Below, one piece after another: positions 43,401-58,102 of a DNA stretch of 64,000 nt. The stretch is from the human T2T-CHM13v2.0 reference genome, Homo sapiens. Below the pieces are notes generated by a model. It saw nothing but the letters and a program-made list of their open reading frames with translations, had not been told where the DNA came from and made no database searches. Made by a program: the position numbers and the translations under genes. The stretch lies in the NCBI RefSeq assembly GCF_009914755.1, contig NC_060940.1; one strand, given 5' to 3'. Each line of letters opens with the position of its first letter. The stretch's first letter is position 1.

Positions 43401-46400
43401 ACTGTGTAGATCACAGCCATCTCTATATCCATATCCATATGGAATAACATATGAAATCCCTGCAAGTGAATTAACTATTATATCACGTCTCTATATTTTT
43501 ACTCCCAACATGCATAGTGACTTCGTGTAGACTGTTACTTCTGTAGCTCTTGGATTCCCTGTTAAATAATTCTACACAGGCCACCATTTCCAGTACCAAC
43601 ATATGGCTAGCCAATGACTGATGCTACCTAAATTGCCAATTTTGAGTTACATTGAAATACTTCCAATTATTCCTATTCAGAATTAAGGTGAAATTTCTTT
43701 TTTCCTAAATGAAAACATTTCCAGGGACACTTCAATCAAGTGGAATTATTTCTGTGAAGAACATGATGGCACTATTCTTTCCTTAAGCCACAATTCCAAT
43801 AACTAATTACACGTATAATAAGTATATTATGGTTTAAAAAAGCAAAGTGAAAGTCACTACAAAATTGGATGCTTTCTCCTAGCAATTCAGAACTTAAGCA
43901 GAAGAGAACAGCAGAGTTGTAGAGAGAATGGGGCACTGGCCTTGGAGTTACCTACTAAGAAATGGAGCCAGAATTCAGACCTGAATCTGAATACAATTTA
44001 GTGACAATTTTCAATTCTTAGAACCTCAGTCTCCTCACTTATAAAACAGACATAGAAATACCCACCTGAGACTTATAAAATAGCACCCGACATAATTCAC
44101 AGAGTATAATAGGTACTCAAAACAAATTTTAATTGAATTGATCTTATCCCCAATGTTAATGTGGTCCTAATGCCTGTCGTGCTTCAAAGGCCTAGATATC
44201 AATCAGACATAGTATATCTGATCGATCAATCAGACATGATCAATCAGGGCCTGTCATATTGATCACAGCCTACCACTACACACAAGCAATACAAGTAGTG
44301 TTTTAGGAGCCCAGGTTTGATATGACACAGTGGGTTGGATTTCTGGCTTCTTCACTTCCAGTTGTTGTAAATAACCTGGGAAATTTTCTTAACCTCTCTG
44401 AGTCCATGATTTTTCTTCTGCCACATGAAGACAGCACTTACCCCAAAATATTTTTAAAAGATGACTATTAAAGATAAACGCATGATAAAATATTTAGCCA
44501 ATAATAATTAGCTGATCAACACTGTGATGACAACATCAATAACTACTACCACTACAACCCCTAAGACTACATTATTGTTGTAATTGCACAACTCTGACTG
44601 CACAAAGCTGTAAAGACAGAGACAATAATTGCTTCCATTGCTTTAAAACAGGGCAGAAAAGCACAGCTATTTCAATGAGAGATCTTTGGCCAGGGAGGGA
44701 GTGTCTTCATTTAATTACGGTAGCTGTCACAATGACCATCGAACATAGACTGACGACTTGTCTAAATTCCCCTCAGAGTAGGACTCAGGAGCTAGACTGA
44801 GATATATATATATACTTTCCAGGGCTTTCTACCACTGTCATGCTTCTCCTGGTTTTTCTTTGTCAGCCAAAGAGACTTATAAAACATTGAGATATACAAA
44901 AGTGAAAGGTGTTCAAGTACTGAGCGGAGTTACATGCTAGAGGCACTTAAAATTCTGACAACTTGATTCTTTCACAGTAATTCAAAGGGCACAGATCTCA
45001 CAACTAACCCTGGATAATCTTCTCACCACTCCTTTTGTTCCTTTCAAGCCAATACCCTCCTTGACCCTTTTGTTGCATTCCACAAGTCCTGTTTTTGAAA
45101 TCCTCCTACATTCTTCTTTGGGGGTGCAGGCTCTCTTTCTTCCCAGTGCAGTGACTTGCCTCTTTCCTCACATTTATCTCTGAAAATAGAATTTCCCTCC
45201 TCCTCCTCCTCCCCTTATGCCTCTTCTCAGACAATGCTGCTGCAGGATTCCTGCTTCATCAGATCACTGTCTGTGCAAGACATAGCATCAGCTGTTGGCT
45301 CAACATTGCACCTCGTTTTCCCTTTTGCTTATAATCACCGGTTCTCATTTTGCATTTTTTCTTTATGTTTTCATATTTTCCAAAAGAATGTATTTGTACT
45401 CATGTAGTCAACACTTTTCAGCTCCCATTCATACACCTAAGAAAGTGGGTGGCACATAAAATCTTGGGTTCTATTTTATACAGATTAAGGAAAAGAAGCG
45501 GGATGAGCATACTTAGCCACTGACAAGGAATGAGTTCATCATTCCATAAGTGTTTATCAAACAACTACTGCATATCAAACACTGTTTCAGATAAAGACAG
45601 AGAAGGAAGCTGACTTCATAATCTCTACATTCTAAGTGTGGAGGGCAGGGCACTATATTGCAAGTTGCACAGGTGTATGAAACACAGCAAACAGTCACCA
45701 CAATGTATTGGCTTTCTGGTTCCAGCCTTTCCCTTTATAAAACAGAGAGAGTGTTACTTGCAGACAAAATAAGACAAATATGTGTGATCTGCAGGAGCCA
45801 TTCATTACTAGTGGTCCTTACGCACATAGACCACATTTTAACTACACTTAGCCCAGGCTGTTTGGGAAACTTGCAATCTAGGTGTGATTATGCCCCAAGA
45901 TAAAGAGGCAAGCAGAGGGGAATAGATCTCTATGTCCCTCCAGGACAGAGATAGTTAGATCTGTATAAACAAGAGTCTGAGTCTGACCTTCCTTGGAGGG
46001 AAGCCGGAGGCAAAAAACACTTAGAACAGAAAGTGAGGTGGATGCTCTAGTTAATAGAGAGTTACTAAACAGAGGGTTAGTAACAGCAGGTTGTTACAGG
46101 TCTATTGTACCCTTAGTGACAGTTGTCAAAATACATCACAGCAGTGTTTTTCCAAAGATTAAGTGGCTTGTGCTTTTTATTCTTTATATTAAAATTAACT
46201 CTATATCAAATAGGTAATCTTTTTTATCCTTCTCTAGATTTTTAAAGATTACATGACTCTCCTTTGGCTTACACTTCCTGATTCTTATCAGTCTCTTCTC
46301 ATTCTCCACTGCCTCCTTGCAATATGTGCTCTTTCTTTGAATGTTTTTGTTTCAATGAATCTAAGGGAGATACATATTCTAGGAAAACATATTTGGCATG

Positions 46401-48652
46401 TGAATGCATGAATGAACGGATATTGAAGTTCCACCTTTCCTAACTGTCTGCTTCCTTCAATTCAACTCAATAAACACTCACTGATTACCTCCTATTTGTC
46501 AAGCTTTAGGCTTGGTGGATAGAGGGGTGTCTCCGCAAGATTCTCTGCAGCAAAGATACCCACTGTTGATAAAAGACTGGTTCCCTCAAACTCTTCGTTG
46601 CTCATGGTAATTACAGAACCTGAGGTTAATTTGTTTACATTTTCTGTTTTTGTGCTTCTTACAATACAAAGAATGCAAGTCCCTGATTGATTTCTGAGAA
46701 ACTTGCAGCCATTACTAGCATGTGACATTTTATGCTGTGTAATGCTGAACAAAATACCATCTGTAGAAGTAACCTATATATGTGCATATAAGTTCAACAT
46801 ACAAAAGAAAAAATCATTTTATGCAGAGAAAACATTGTGGGCTAGAACAAAAGCATAAATGTGTCTTCAAATCTGACATTTATGTTTTGAGTAACTTTGA
46901 ATAAGTCACTAATCCTTTCTAATCATGAAGTCCCTGAATTGTTAAATGAAAAACACTAATCTTTTGTCACTAAAATGATCAAGGGATTAAATCAGGAAAT
47001 GCATGTAAGGTTGTCTGAAATATATACTTTTCCTGCTTCTTGAAAGTACAGCATAATAAGTGACTTACTCCAAGTCACAGTGCTAGTAAATGACGTTGGA
47101 ATCTAGAATTTTCTAACTCTAATTCAAATAGCTCTCTCCTTAAGCAATAGTGTAATTCTTTGTCCATCCTCACTGAAAAAAATACATTTCCTGAGATCCC
47201 ATAAAACACATCAAAATGCATTGTATCATAGATAGGCAGATTGTACTGATGATTATCAAGATCTTTAACTTTTTTTTCCTTTCTGTTTTGCTAGGAATCA
47301 TTGCCATGTGATGGCCCCGAAGGGTTCCAAAGATAAGACGATGTTGTTGATTCTTTCTGAACCTATCAATCAGCCACTCTTCCCACAGCTGTTTGTCTGA
47401 TTATTTCATTTTCCCAAAGTGTGAACTTAGTTTTATTGTATTTGTTTTATATATTTAGAGGAAAGTATAAAATAAGCCTGAAGATCTTCATGTATTCAAA
47501 TGATCTGGTATTATGAAGAAATTCTAGGTTTCCATTTCAATTGTGAGTGGACTTAGAATCCAAAGAAATCTCAGGTGAGCAAATCAGACAGATGATAAAT
47601 GAATTAAACTTTCTTTCATAATGGTTTTTCATACTTGTGCTACCTCTGTCAAATACTCCAAACTTAACCCTGATCTCTTAGCACCCCACAGCAGGGAAAG
47701 AGAAGTGAAGCCATGTTCTCATCTTCCACCTTCCTTAATTCCCCAACTTTGCATAAGGCTAGATAATGTGATTCCAATTAAAGCCATGGAGAGAGCACTT
47801 TTAATGAGATAGGGACTAAGGGTTGGAGATATAAAGACAGATGAGATGTAGTTCTCTAGATCTGAAATAGCTCACAGTTCAAATGATGAGGCAAGTGTGA
47901 GCAACAGCCGCTAAAAGGCAAATTTATCTCATACCATTTTGGACCTTGCTATTGTGTCTCACTTCACTCCGTTATAACAATTATCACACCAAATTTGTTT
48001 TCTATATGTGCTTTTGTTCCTAATTTTTGCATCTACCTTGCCTGCCCCTCTTTGTCAAAATTTGCCAAGACTTTCAGCACCCTCTTTTCTATAAAGGTAT
48101 TCCTGCTCCAATCTTCCCACACTAAAATACATGACTAATGCCTTGTTTACTCCCCTGATAACTTTTATAAATACCATAAGAATATATAAAAGTGATTTTC
48201 ATCTTTCCATGTTGCAACAGATCAGTCCTAAGCTTAGAATCCCAACAGCTATTATATCCCAGGCACACTTCATAGACAGTGTGACTATCAGCAAGCCACT
48301 TTGTCTCCCTGATCCTGTCCTCCTTGGTAAAAAAAAGCATTGTAATACCTCTCTTCAAATGTCAAATTATTAATGAGCCTTCCTTGACCAACATTTACAA
48401 AATAATAACCAATGTCTGTTGGCACTCCTACTCTTTCTCACCCAACCATTGAAGTCTTGGTCCATGTGCATTCTAGTGGGATCAGACAGACAATAAACAA
48501 ATTGAATTTTTGTTGTTGTTTATTGATGCTTACCCAGCCCCTAGAAAAATACCTGGCACATAATAGTCTCTCAGTATTTCTAAATATTTTTCAATGGCTC
48601 AATGCATGAATACTTTTTTTCCTTTATGAGCTTGTAATAAATTGCTATGGCT

Positions 48653-49001
48653 AAAAGGAACAAGATGATGTCTTTTACAGGGACATGGATGGAGCCAGAA
48701 GACATTATCCTCAGCAAACTAACTCAGGAACAGAAAACCAAACACTGCATGTTCTCACTTATAAGTCGTAGATGAACAATGAGAACACATAGACACAGGG
48801 AGGGAAACAACACATATTGGGGTCTTTCAGGGGTCAGAGGGAGGGAGAGCATCAGGATAAATAGCTAATGCATGTGGGGCTTAATACCTAGGTGATGGGT
48901 TGATAGGTGCAGCAAACCACCATGGCACACATTTACCTATGCAACAAACCTGCATGTCCTGCACATGTATCCCAGAACTTAACATAAAATAAAATAAAAT
49001 A
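48653..49001 (+). mobile_element. Older L1PA 3' fragment
   Basis: gggacatggatggag...cagaaaaccaaacactgcatg...atcccagaactt followed by an (AAAAT)n tail. Confidence 0.88.
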
Positions 49002-49108
49002 ACTTTTTTTAAAAAATAAAGAAAATAGAAAAGAAAAAATATAAGACATAAATTTAAGTTAAATAAAATAAAATAATGTAGTCCATCAGTTACAGGGGAA
49101 AAAACTTG

Positions 49109-49905
49109 CTATGGCTGAAGAGTACTCCATTGTGTATATCTACTACACTTTCTTTGTCCATTCACCTATTAATGGACACTTAGATTGCTTCCAAATTTTA
49201 GCTATTGTAAACAGTGCTGCAACAAGCATAGAAGTGCTAATATTCCTTCGATATTCTTATTTCCTTTTTTTGGGTATATACCCAGCAGTAGGATAGCTGG
49301 ATCAGATGGTAGCTCAATTTTTAGTTTTTTGAGAAACCTCCAAACTGTTCTCCATAGTGGTTGTCCTAACTTACATTTCCACCAATAATGTACTATTCAG
49401 CCATAAAAAGAGAATGAGATCCTGTCATTGGCAACAACATAGATGGAACTGGAGATCATTATGTCAAGTGAAATGAGCCAGGCACAGAAAGACAAACATC
49501 ACATGTTCTCACTTATTTGTGGAATCTACAAATCAAAACAATTGAACTCATGAACATAATGGTTATCAGAGGCTGGGAAAGGTAGTAAGGGGCTGGGGAG
49601 GGAGTGGGGATTGTTAACATCTAGAAAATAAATTGAAAAAATAAGTAAGACCTACTATTTGATAGCACAATAGAGTGACTATAGTCAATAATAATAACTT
49701 AATTGTACATTTTAAAATAAAGAGTGTAAGTAGATTGTTTGTAACTCAAAGGATAAATGCTTGAGGGGATGGATACCCCATTCTCCATGATGTGCTTATT
49801 TTACTTACATGCTTGTATCAAAACACCTCATATACCCAATAAATATACACACCTACTATGTACCCATGAAATTTTAAATAATAATAAGACAATAAAAATT
49901 TAAAA
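49109..49905. mobile_element. L1MA-type element with 5' inversion
   Basis: Minus ORF2-end segment 49109-49390 joined to a plus segment from gtactattcagccataaaa to an A-rich tail. Confidence 0.8.
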
Positions 49906-49944
49906 AATGAAGTTTCCCCATCAAAAAATAAAGAAACTTTTGTG

Positions 49945-50266
49945 ATTTGTTTGTTTGTTTGCTTGGAGACGGAGTCTTGCTCTGTCGCCCAGGCTGGAGT
50001 GCAGTGGCACGATCTCGGTTCACTGCAAGCTCTGCCTCCCAGGTTCACGCCATTCTCCTGCCTCAGCCTCCTGAGTAGCTGGGACTACAGTTGCCTGCCA
50101 CCACGCCCGGCTAATTTTTTTTTTTTTTTTTGTATTTTTTGTATTTTTAGTAGAGACGGGATTTCACCATGCTAGCCAGGATGGTCTCGATTTCCTGACC
50201 TCGTGATCCGCCCGCCTGGGCCTCCCAAAGTGCTGGCATTACGGGCATGAGCCACCGCACCCAGCC
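49945..50266 (-). mobile_element. AluY full-length SINE
   Basis: cactgcaagctc, ttcacgccattctcc and tagccaggatggtctcga AluY diagnostics; (TTTG)n tail; expanded mid-A region. Confidence 0.9.
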
Positions 50267-50273
50267 AGAAATT

Positions 50274-50648
50274 TGTATGGTTTTAATGTTTGCTCCCTCT
50301 TCAACTCATGTTGAAATTTAGATGCCATTGTAACAGTATTAAGAATTAGGACATTTAGGAAGTGATTAGGCCATGAGGTCTCTGCTCCCAGGAAAGAATA
50401 AATGCCATTATCACAGGAATTGGTTGTTTATAAAAATATGAGTTTGGCCCTGTTTTGTCTCTCCCTCTTGCCCTCTCTTTGCCCCTTTGCCAACTGATGT
50501 CTTATGCAGCAACAAGGCCCTCACCAGATGCTGCCACCTAGATCTTGGACTTCCCAGCCTCCAGAACTGTGAACAAATAAACTTTTGTTTATTATAAATT
50601 ATCCAGTCTGTGGTATTCTGTTATAGAAGCACACAACAGACTAAGGCA
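50274..50648 (+). mobile_element. MST-type MaLR solo LTR
   Basis: actcatgttgaaattt...aaggccctcaccagatg...cttggacttcccagcctccagaactgtga...gactaaggca. Confidence 0.8.
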
Positions 50649-51756
50649 GAAATTCTATATGAAAACAAACATATACAAATAGTGACTCCCTTCAGACCTC
50701 TTCTGAAGATGTATAGAGGATTAGAGCTGACTTTTCCTGCCTCTTCACCTCTAAGATGGAAAACTCTGGCTACAGAATACTCAAGAGCCAGAGCAGTACT
50801 GCCCTACTTAACAGGGAGCTAGGTGGTGTCATTAATTTATGCCTGTGAAACATTCTGAATACCTTAGGATCAAATTACTGTTGTGCTTATTTTCGCTCTT
50901 ACATAAATATTTGCACATGTGAAAATTCAGCACCTTGACATTTACTGAAATGGTTGCATGGAAAAATGAGGTAAATTGACTCAGAGACAGGTGTTGGCAG
51001 TCAGCACAGTGGAAAACAGCCCTTTGTCAAAGTAACAACCATACGTGGTGTAGCAAATGTTCAGAAACCAGGACCTGCTGGAGGTGGATGGGCTAAAGGG
51101 TGGCTCTAAAATGATACTTTCTGTCAGCTGCTGTGGGTCTGAACACACAGCCTGGACCCTCTGGTCCTATACTTTATACTTCAGGGCTGCTCCACCAAGA
51201 TAATAAGGCTGGTATTTGTTTTGTGTATTAAATGTAAACAAGACTCAATTTTACACGCTAAATCATTTTCAAGCCAATGTCTTACGTTACCAACAATTTT
51301 CAGTTACAATGGGACTCAGAATTGAGAGATGCGGGATTCAAGACAGTAATATTTGGCTTAATGCCCTTCAGTGACATTTCTCACTTTGGCAGGAAAGGAA
51401 CTCAAGTAGCTGAGTGAAAATCATGTATGGGTCGCTTTAAATATCTCAGCTTGAACCCTATAATATGCTCTGGAAAGGAGCTATGATCATTCATCCTTAG
51501 ATATAAAGAAATGGGATCTCAGGGATATGGAATATCTTAGTCAAGGTCATGCAACTAGGAAATGTTGGGGAGAGAAGTGAAACCTAACTCTGACTCCTAA
51601 GTTCACATTCAGAACTTTACATACCAAGTTGTCTCCCCTGAAATTCCAAAACACATTGCTTCAAACTTGAATCCTCTCTCTCTCAGAAACAGTGACCACT
51701 CAGAGGCTTAGCTTTTGTTTGTTTGTTTGTTTGTTTTTTAAAAAAAGTTTATATGT

Positions 51757-52498
51757 GTGCAAGTGTCTTTATAGCAGCATGATTTATAATCCTTTGGGTA
51801 TATACCCAGTAATGGGATGGTTGGGTCAAATGGTATTTCTAGTTCTAGATCCCTGAGGAATCGCCACACTGACTTCCACAATGGTTGAAGTAGTTTACAG
51901 TCCCACCAACAGTGTAAAAGTGTTCCTATTTCTCCACATCCTCTCCAGCACCTGTTGTTTCCTGACTTTTTAATGATTGCCATTCTAACTGGTGTGAGAT
52001 GGTATCTCATTGTGGTTTTGATTTGCATTTCTCTGAGTATGTTTATTGCGGCACTATTCACAATAGCAAAGACTTGGAACCAACCGAAATGTCCAACAAC
52101 GATAGACTGGATTAAGAAAATGTGGCACATATACACCATGGAATACTATGCAGCCATAAAAAATGATGACTTCATGTCCTTTGTAGGGACATGGATGAAA
52201 CTGGAAACCATCATTCTCAGCAAACTATCGCAAGGACAAAAAAACAAACACTGCATGTTCTCACTCATAGGTGGGAATTGAACAGTGAGAACACATGGAC
52301 ACAGGAAGGGGAACATCACACACCGGGGACTGTTGTGGGGTGGGGGGAGGGGGGAGGGAGGGATAGCATTAGGAGATATACCTAATGCTAAATGACGAGT
52401 TAATGGGTGCAGCACACCAACATGGCACATGTATACATATGTAACAAACCTGCACGTTGTGCACATGTACCCTAAAACTTAAAATATAATAAAGTTTA
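51757..52498. mobile_element. 5'-inverted (twin-primed) L1PA4-like element
   Basis: Inverted part 51757-52036, direct part 52037-52498; 17-bp TSD AAAAAAAGTTTATATGT at 51740-51756 and 52499-52515; TTTT/AAAA target. Confidence 0.92.
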
Positions 52499-55400
52499 AA
52501 AAAAAGTTTATATGTAAACCAGAGCATTTGTTTGGCTTATTTCCTTCAGCGAATTTTTCAGTTACTTTAGATGACAGTCCTCAATAACCATTTTCCAGGG
52601 TATAGGAGGCACATTACTTTAGAGTTCACGTGAAATGTAAATAAGGCAATTCCCATTTTTAAATGCACTTTCTCCAAGTCTATTTTCCAATGTTATAGAA
52701 AATGATGTGATCTCAGAATAGATTTCATTATGATGATTCTAGTATTTGATTATTGCAATTTAGTATAACTTGTGGATAGAAAATGAAACTTGATGGGTCA
52801 GGGTGGGTTCCTTTCTTCTAACTATTACAGGATAACTAAGGAAAGTTACGTATAGTGAGAAAAAACACGACCTGTGGCACATCAATAATCAGTTTATCAA
52901 TATCTGATCAATAACAATCTTGTACAGTTATGCCATAAGGGAAAGACTTTAAAAGTATGACTTTGTAAAGTTGGTAAAACCTGGTTATTAAGAATGCCAC
53001 TTTGATAGCAAGTCAGATTTAAACTCAAATGAATTGACTAAAGTCATACAGAGAGCAAAGTTAATTGTATAAGAACTGTATGGGGCCACTTCTTTCCTTG
53101 ACCCCATTTGGTAAAGGAAAAACTAAGGACTAGCAAGGTTCATTCCCAGCTATCTCAATTACCAAATATTTTTACCAGCTCTACTGTCCCCTGACACATA
53201 GTAAGTCTTTTCTATCATTATAATTTGTGTCTAGGGTTGCTAATTTATACTCTGCTGAGAGTGAAAGCAAGAAAATAAAATCTGCTATTTGTTTCACTTT
53301 GTAAACACAGTCATTTATTATTATCTTCATTTACAGCTCATGAATTCATTTGTCCATAAACGGCACAATTAGGCAATCTCAATTTCTGTCTTTAGAAGAT
53401 CCTCAGGAGTTAGAGTGCAAAGGTGGCTTCTAAGATAAATAATACCACAGCAACAATATTAAAGTTAATGGAATGGAAGGAAAGTTCCAATAGTGCTGTG
53501 TCACATACAATAAAACTTTACCGCACGTGAAAACTACCTTTAAAGAAACTCTCCAGATATGTAAAAAAAAAAAAAAAAAAAACTATCTAATTATAGCTAT
53601 GCTTGCATTCACCAGCCAGTTCAACTCTGTTAACCCTATGAACACTATAATCTCTGATTTACTAAATTCCAAATTTCTGATCCTCATGGTGATATAAAAC
53701 TGCCTAGCTCATAATAAAACTATCACACTTAAGATTCTGAATGGCAAATTACACATAATCACAAATTGTAAAGTGAGTCTAGTATAGTCCTTAAATCACT
53801 TTTCTAGCTTCTCCTTTGTTTTATTTATATAGCCATATGTGTCTTAGATTCTGCCCATGAGAACTCAAAAACTGTCTTTTTCACTTATTTGAAACATAAT
53901 ACCAGACCCATAGGAGTTTGAAAAACCGACTTATCCTGCAGATATCTATTTTAAAAGAATGGGTGTAAAACCTATTTATTTTCATTTTATAACCATGCAA
54001 TTTTCTAATTGCAAGGGGAAAAAAAGGTAAGCCTACAGATCGGTACTTAAACTCAAAATTACTTTTAAATTAGAGTTTTGCTCCAAGTGGAAAGTCTCAT
54101 AGCTTTTTAAGGAACGAAGGACTGATTCTCTTGAGACTGAATATGCTTTGCAAATGACTCCATTTTGAATTCCTGTACCCAACATTCCTGAATCATCCAT
54201 ATCCAGATGAATCAAAACTAATGATACTGGTAATTCAAGAATGTTCCATTAAGTTTCCACTTCCCTTTCATAAAATCAAAGTAAAATCATTGAAATAATA
54301 ATAAATTAATGATCTCATTGCCTTATATGTTTCCTTTATGACACTTTGGATAATAAGCAAGAAAACATCCAATTGGTATAATTTTGGCATAAATTTTTAT
54401 GATGGCATCTCTCCAGTTCTTTAACCTCCATCAAGTCAAATCTATTTCTACCCCACACATTTTGTCCCTGATAGTGGAGATGATTAATAAGTATCTATTC
54501 ACTTAATTGAAAATAATTCACTTAATTGAAATTAAAAATTAATCTAAATGAGAGCATCAAGGTGTTTAGAGTACCTGTCTTCTTTTCCTTTGTCCAGACT
54601 CCTCTACATTTTGCAGATGGGAAGCCTGATTCAGCGGAGGTGGAAATGTGACAGAAGTGGTCAGAAAACCGAGCTCTGGAGTTTACTACCTGGGTACTTC
54701 TCAGAAATTAATTTGCCCAGAGATTTTATTTCCTTACATGAAAAGTAAGGACCATAATACCCACTTCACATAGTTACTAAGAAAATTATTGAAATGGCAC
54801 AAAATTTGTGATCAATAAATGGTAACTACCTTCTGCTTAATTTTTGGAACAAAATAAAACAGACTGGGATACTCAAGAGTTACATTCCACTGTAATAAAT
54901 GAGAAGTCACTGCTTCTAGAAGGGAAGAGGAGACACAAAGCATCTAAAGAGAAAACACTAGTGAAATGTTATGAGCTAGTCTTATGTAGAACTTACAGGC
55001 GCATCTTTATGTTCCTGGTCCACTATCAACAATCCCATAGCTACTGTTCCCTAATAATCAGATGCTGGGATATATTGAATATGACAAAAGATATATTCTA
55101 AGTTTTTAGAAAGCATCCATTTTTGAAATCCAGCATCTCCTGGGATCTGAAATTAAATGTATCAAAATCCTTCTGAAAAAGCCCATTTTTCTAACCATGT
55201 TCATTCTGGATTTAACTGTCTGTGTTTGTTTTCTCATTCATGACATATTATTTGAACAACTATCATGAGATGGGCCTGGTTCTAAGCCCTGCAATGCATA
55301 GTGAGGAAACCATCCAAGATCCCTGTCCATATGGCACAAACTCTTTTTAAAAAACACAAAAACAATATTTTTGGCACAAAAAGAGAAATTATGGCCTCAT

Positions 55401-55593
55401 GTTTTAGTCCAGAGAAAATTATTTCATAGGGATGTTTCTGAAATTTGACTTTATGAGGAAACAAATTGAGTATTTTCCTCTTCCTTCTACCTCTGCTCTC
55501 TTAGTGGATTCTTACTCATGCATCAGAGACTAACTTTGGCTTAAAGAAAAGTGGTCTCCAATGTTAATTAACCCCCTTCTGTAAGCTTCCAAT

Positions 55594-55598
<5 letters not shown>

Positions 55599-55629
<31 letters not shown>
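55599..55629. repeat. (TA)n microsatellite
   Basis: Direct reading. Confidence 0.93.
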
Positions 55630-55632
<3 letters not shown>

Positions 55633-55940
55633 ATTAATATATAAAATTAATTATGGGAGGTGGGTGGAAACTTATGATGTTTAACTCTCTGTTAAGCAAG
55701 AACATTAGATAATCCTTCTCTTTGGAAGTTACATCTAAAGTTACTTTTGCCATAACATTTAAAGCAATTATTGAGCACTGGAGATTTCTGAAAGAATATA
55801 TTCCATATAGTCTTAAATGCTGAGGATGCAGAGTTAGGTTATAGGAATGGGAAGGAGGGAACTACAACAATAAACATAAAAGATTACTGTCTATATCTAT
55901 CAATCAATCTGTCTGTCTGTCTATATCTACCAACTATCCT

Positions 55941-55971
<31 letters not shown>

Positions 55972-58102
55972 CACACACACACACTTTTTTATTGTAAAAG
56001 GAGTTATTACAAGTTAACATCCCTTGGATATTGGTTAATCTTTGATGCTGTTAGATAAACATGTTTTCCTATAAAATTAATGAAAACAAACCTTTGTTGT
56101 TCTTCACCAAATCATTTTGAACTAGTCATATGAAACAGAGCTAGATTTCCAAGGTCAAAAATGACATCACTATAGGAACCAAATATACAATTTAATTCTG
56201 AAGGGACATGATACATAGAAAGCTGAGAAAAAATCCTGATCCTACCTGGTGTGTTCACATTGGATGAATGCCACTGGGGAATACATTTTTTCTTTTGCTT
56301 CCAACTAAACCCATCCCAACGCATCCCAGTGTAATATCAGGTGTTACATACTGAGGTGGCTGTGTAGTTCATAGTCTTTCTATCCAGCATGCACATATGC
56401 AGACCTTGGTTTCTCCAAATAGACATTTCTTTGACTCTAGCTATGGTCAACACTGGAAAGCTCCTTGTGAACTTCAAAAATGGTTTGTCCAAAGGTGCAA
56501 ATAACATGACCATCACACCACTTCAAGCTTACCCAAGTATATTTAACTGTTCTATGTGCTTGGAGTGGGGGGATTATTTTAATAATCACAAAACAATTAA
56601 TATGACCTCAGCCCCTAGTTCATATATTGTATCTTCCACAGAAGACAACAAATGGGAAAATAAGTGATTGTTAAGTCATTGTGTGCACGCAGCTAGCTGT
56701 CCTCTTAACTATGAAATGAGCCATAAAAACTGGAGAAGGATGACATTTGTTGGGGGTATACATCTGTATATATTGAGCGGACACCTATTAGAAACTTAAA
56801 ATTACATTTCGTCACAATCATTATCATCATTTATTTTGGGCATTTCAGACAAATCAATGAGATGTAAAGTTAGGTACAAGTAAAATTAGTCACTTTAGTT
56901 TCTCATTATTCTTCTTCAACGTATTAATTCATTAATTTGCCCAACAAATATTTATTGTAAACTATATGTAGAGTTTGACACCTGTTTGGCACTGGCCATA
57001 TCATTTAACCTCAAAGATCCTCAAAATCTTCATCTTTAATAAGATATGTTAAAATAGCTACTTTACTTGATATAGGGATTAAATAAGAGTGCAAGCAGAC
57101 ACTGGAGACACTGGCCACCAGCACAGTTTGTTGCTACCTACAATTTTTGTTGTAATATTGATTCTTCTATCTGAAATGCAAAGAACATAAGAAAGGCAAG
57201 TGTCTTTCTCCATACTCTCTTTTGTCCTAAAACAATAATAGTATCATATGATATTATTCTCCTTCTCTTTAGTTGCTGAGAATGTGTGTATGTGTGTGTG
57301 GTGTGTGTTTGAAAGACCTGTCTCCCGCCTGTCTTCTTACTCCAAAAATGTGGAAATCTATGCCCATTACTGCATTAAAAGAAAAAAAAAAAGGAAATTG
57401 GATGAAGAGTGCATTAGGAGGAAACCCCACAGGTGACAAAAACCACTCTTTGGCTTCCTCCCAAGTCCTCCTGTCTATTGGCCTTGTGCCTAATATTTAC
57501 AGGGAGAACTCCTGTGCTATGCCAAGAGGCTTACAAGGGACTCCACATGTAACAGAATTAGCCACCCTTGCACCTCTCCACTCCTGGCTTCCCACTTCAT
57601 GAGAGGACATAATTTGGAGGGGGTGTGTGATTTTGTAAAGTGAATCAGCTGTGGGATTGGTAGAGCTACCTCATCCTTTAATCAGCACTTGGCATGGAAA
57701 GAGGTTCTAGGTCTCCTATGATGTAACTTTCCCAGCAATAGTCAAAATCTTACCTCCACTGCATGTCACTCCTGCCTTTCAAACTTTCAACTCCAAATCC
57801 AGCAGTTTAAATGAAAACAGGTGGTTTGTGTGGAACACAGCTGAAGGACTTTTCTACCTACCAACAATGCAAGAGCTTTTGGTTCTTCTAAGTGAAAATG
57901 TCCTATCACAAATATCACATTTTGTTTCATTAAATACAAACAAAAATAACAAAAGTAATGATATTAGTGATATCCTTAATTTGTGAAGATCAAAAGCAAA
58001 TAATGGGACATATATTTTTTCAATATCATGAATGACTAGAAGACAGTGTTAGTGCTCTTAAAAATTGCGTACTTAATGAAGAATTATGTACAAGTGGACT
58101 TA

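Noticed and set aside
51738-52466. 133-aa, 108-aa and 106-aa ORFs as novel proteins
   Set aside because: Chimeras of ORF2 C-terminal pieces created by the inversion junction, or antisense 3'UTR frames.
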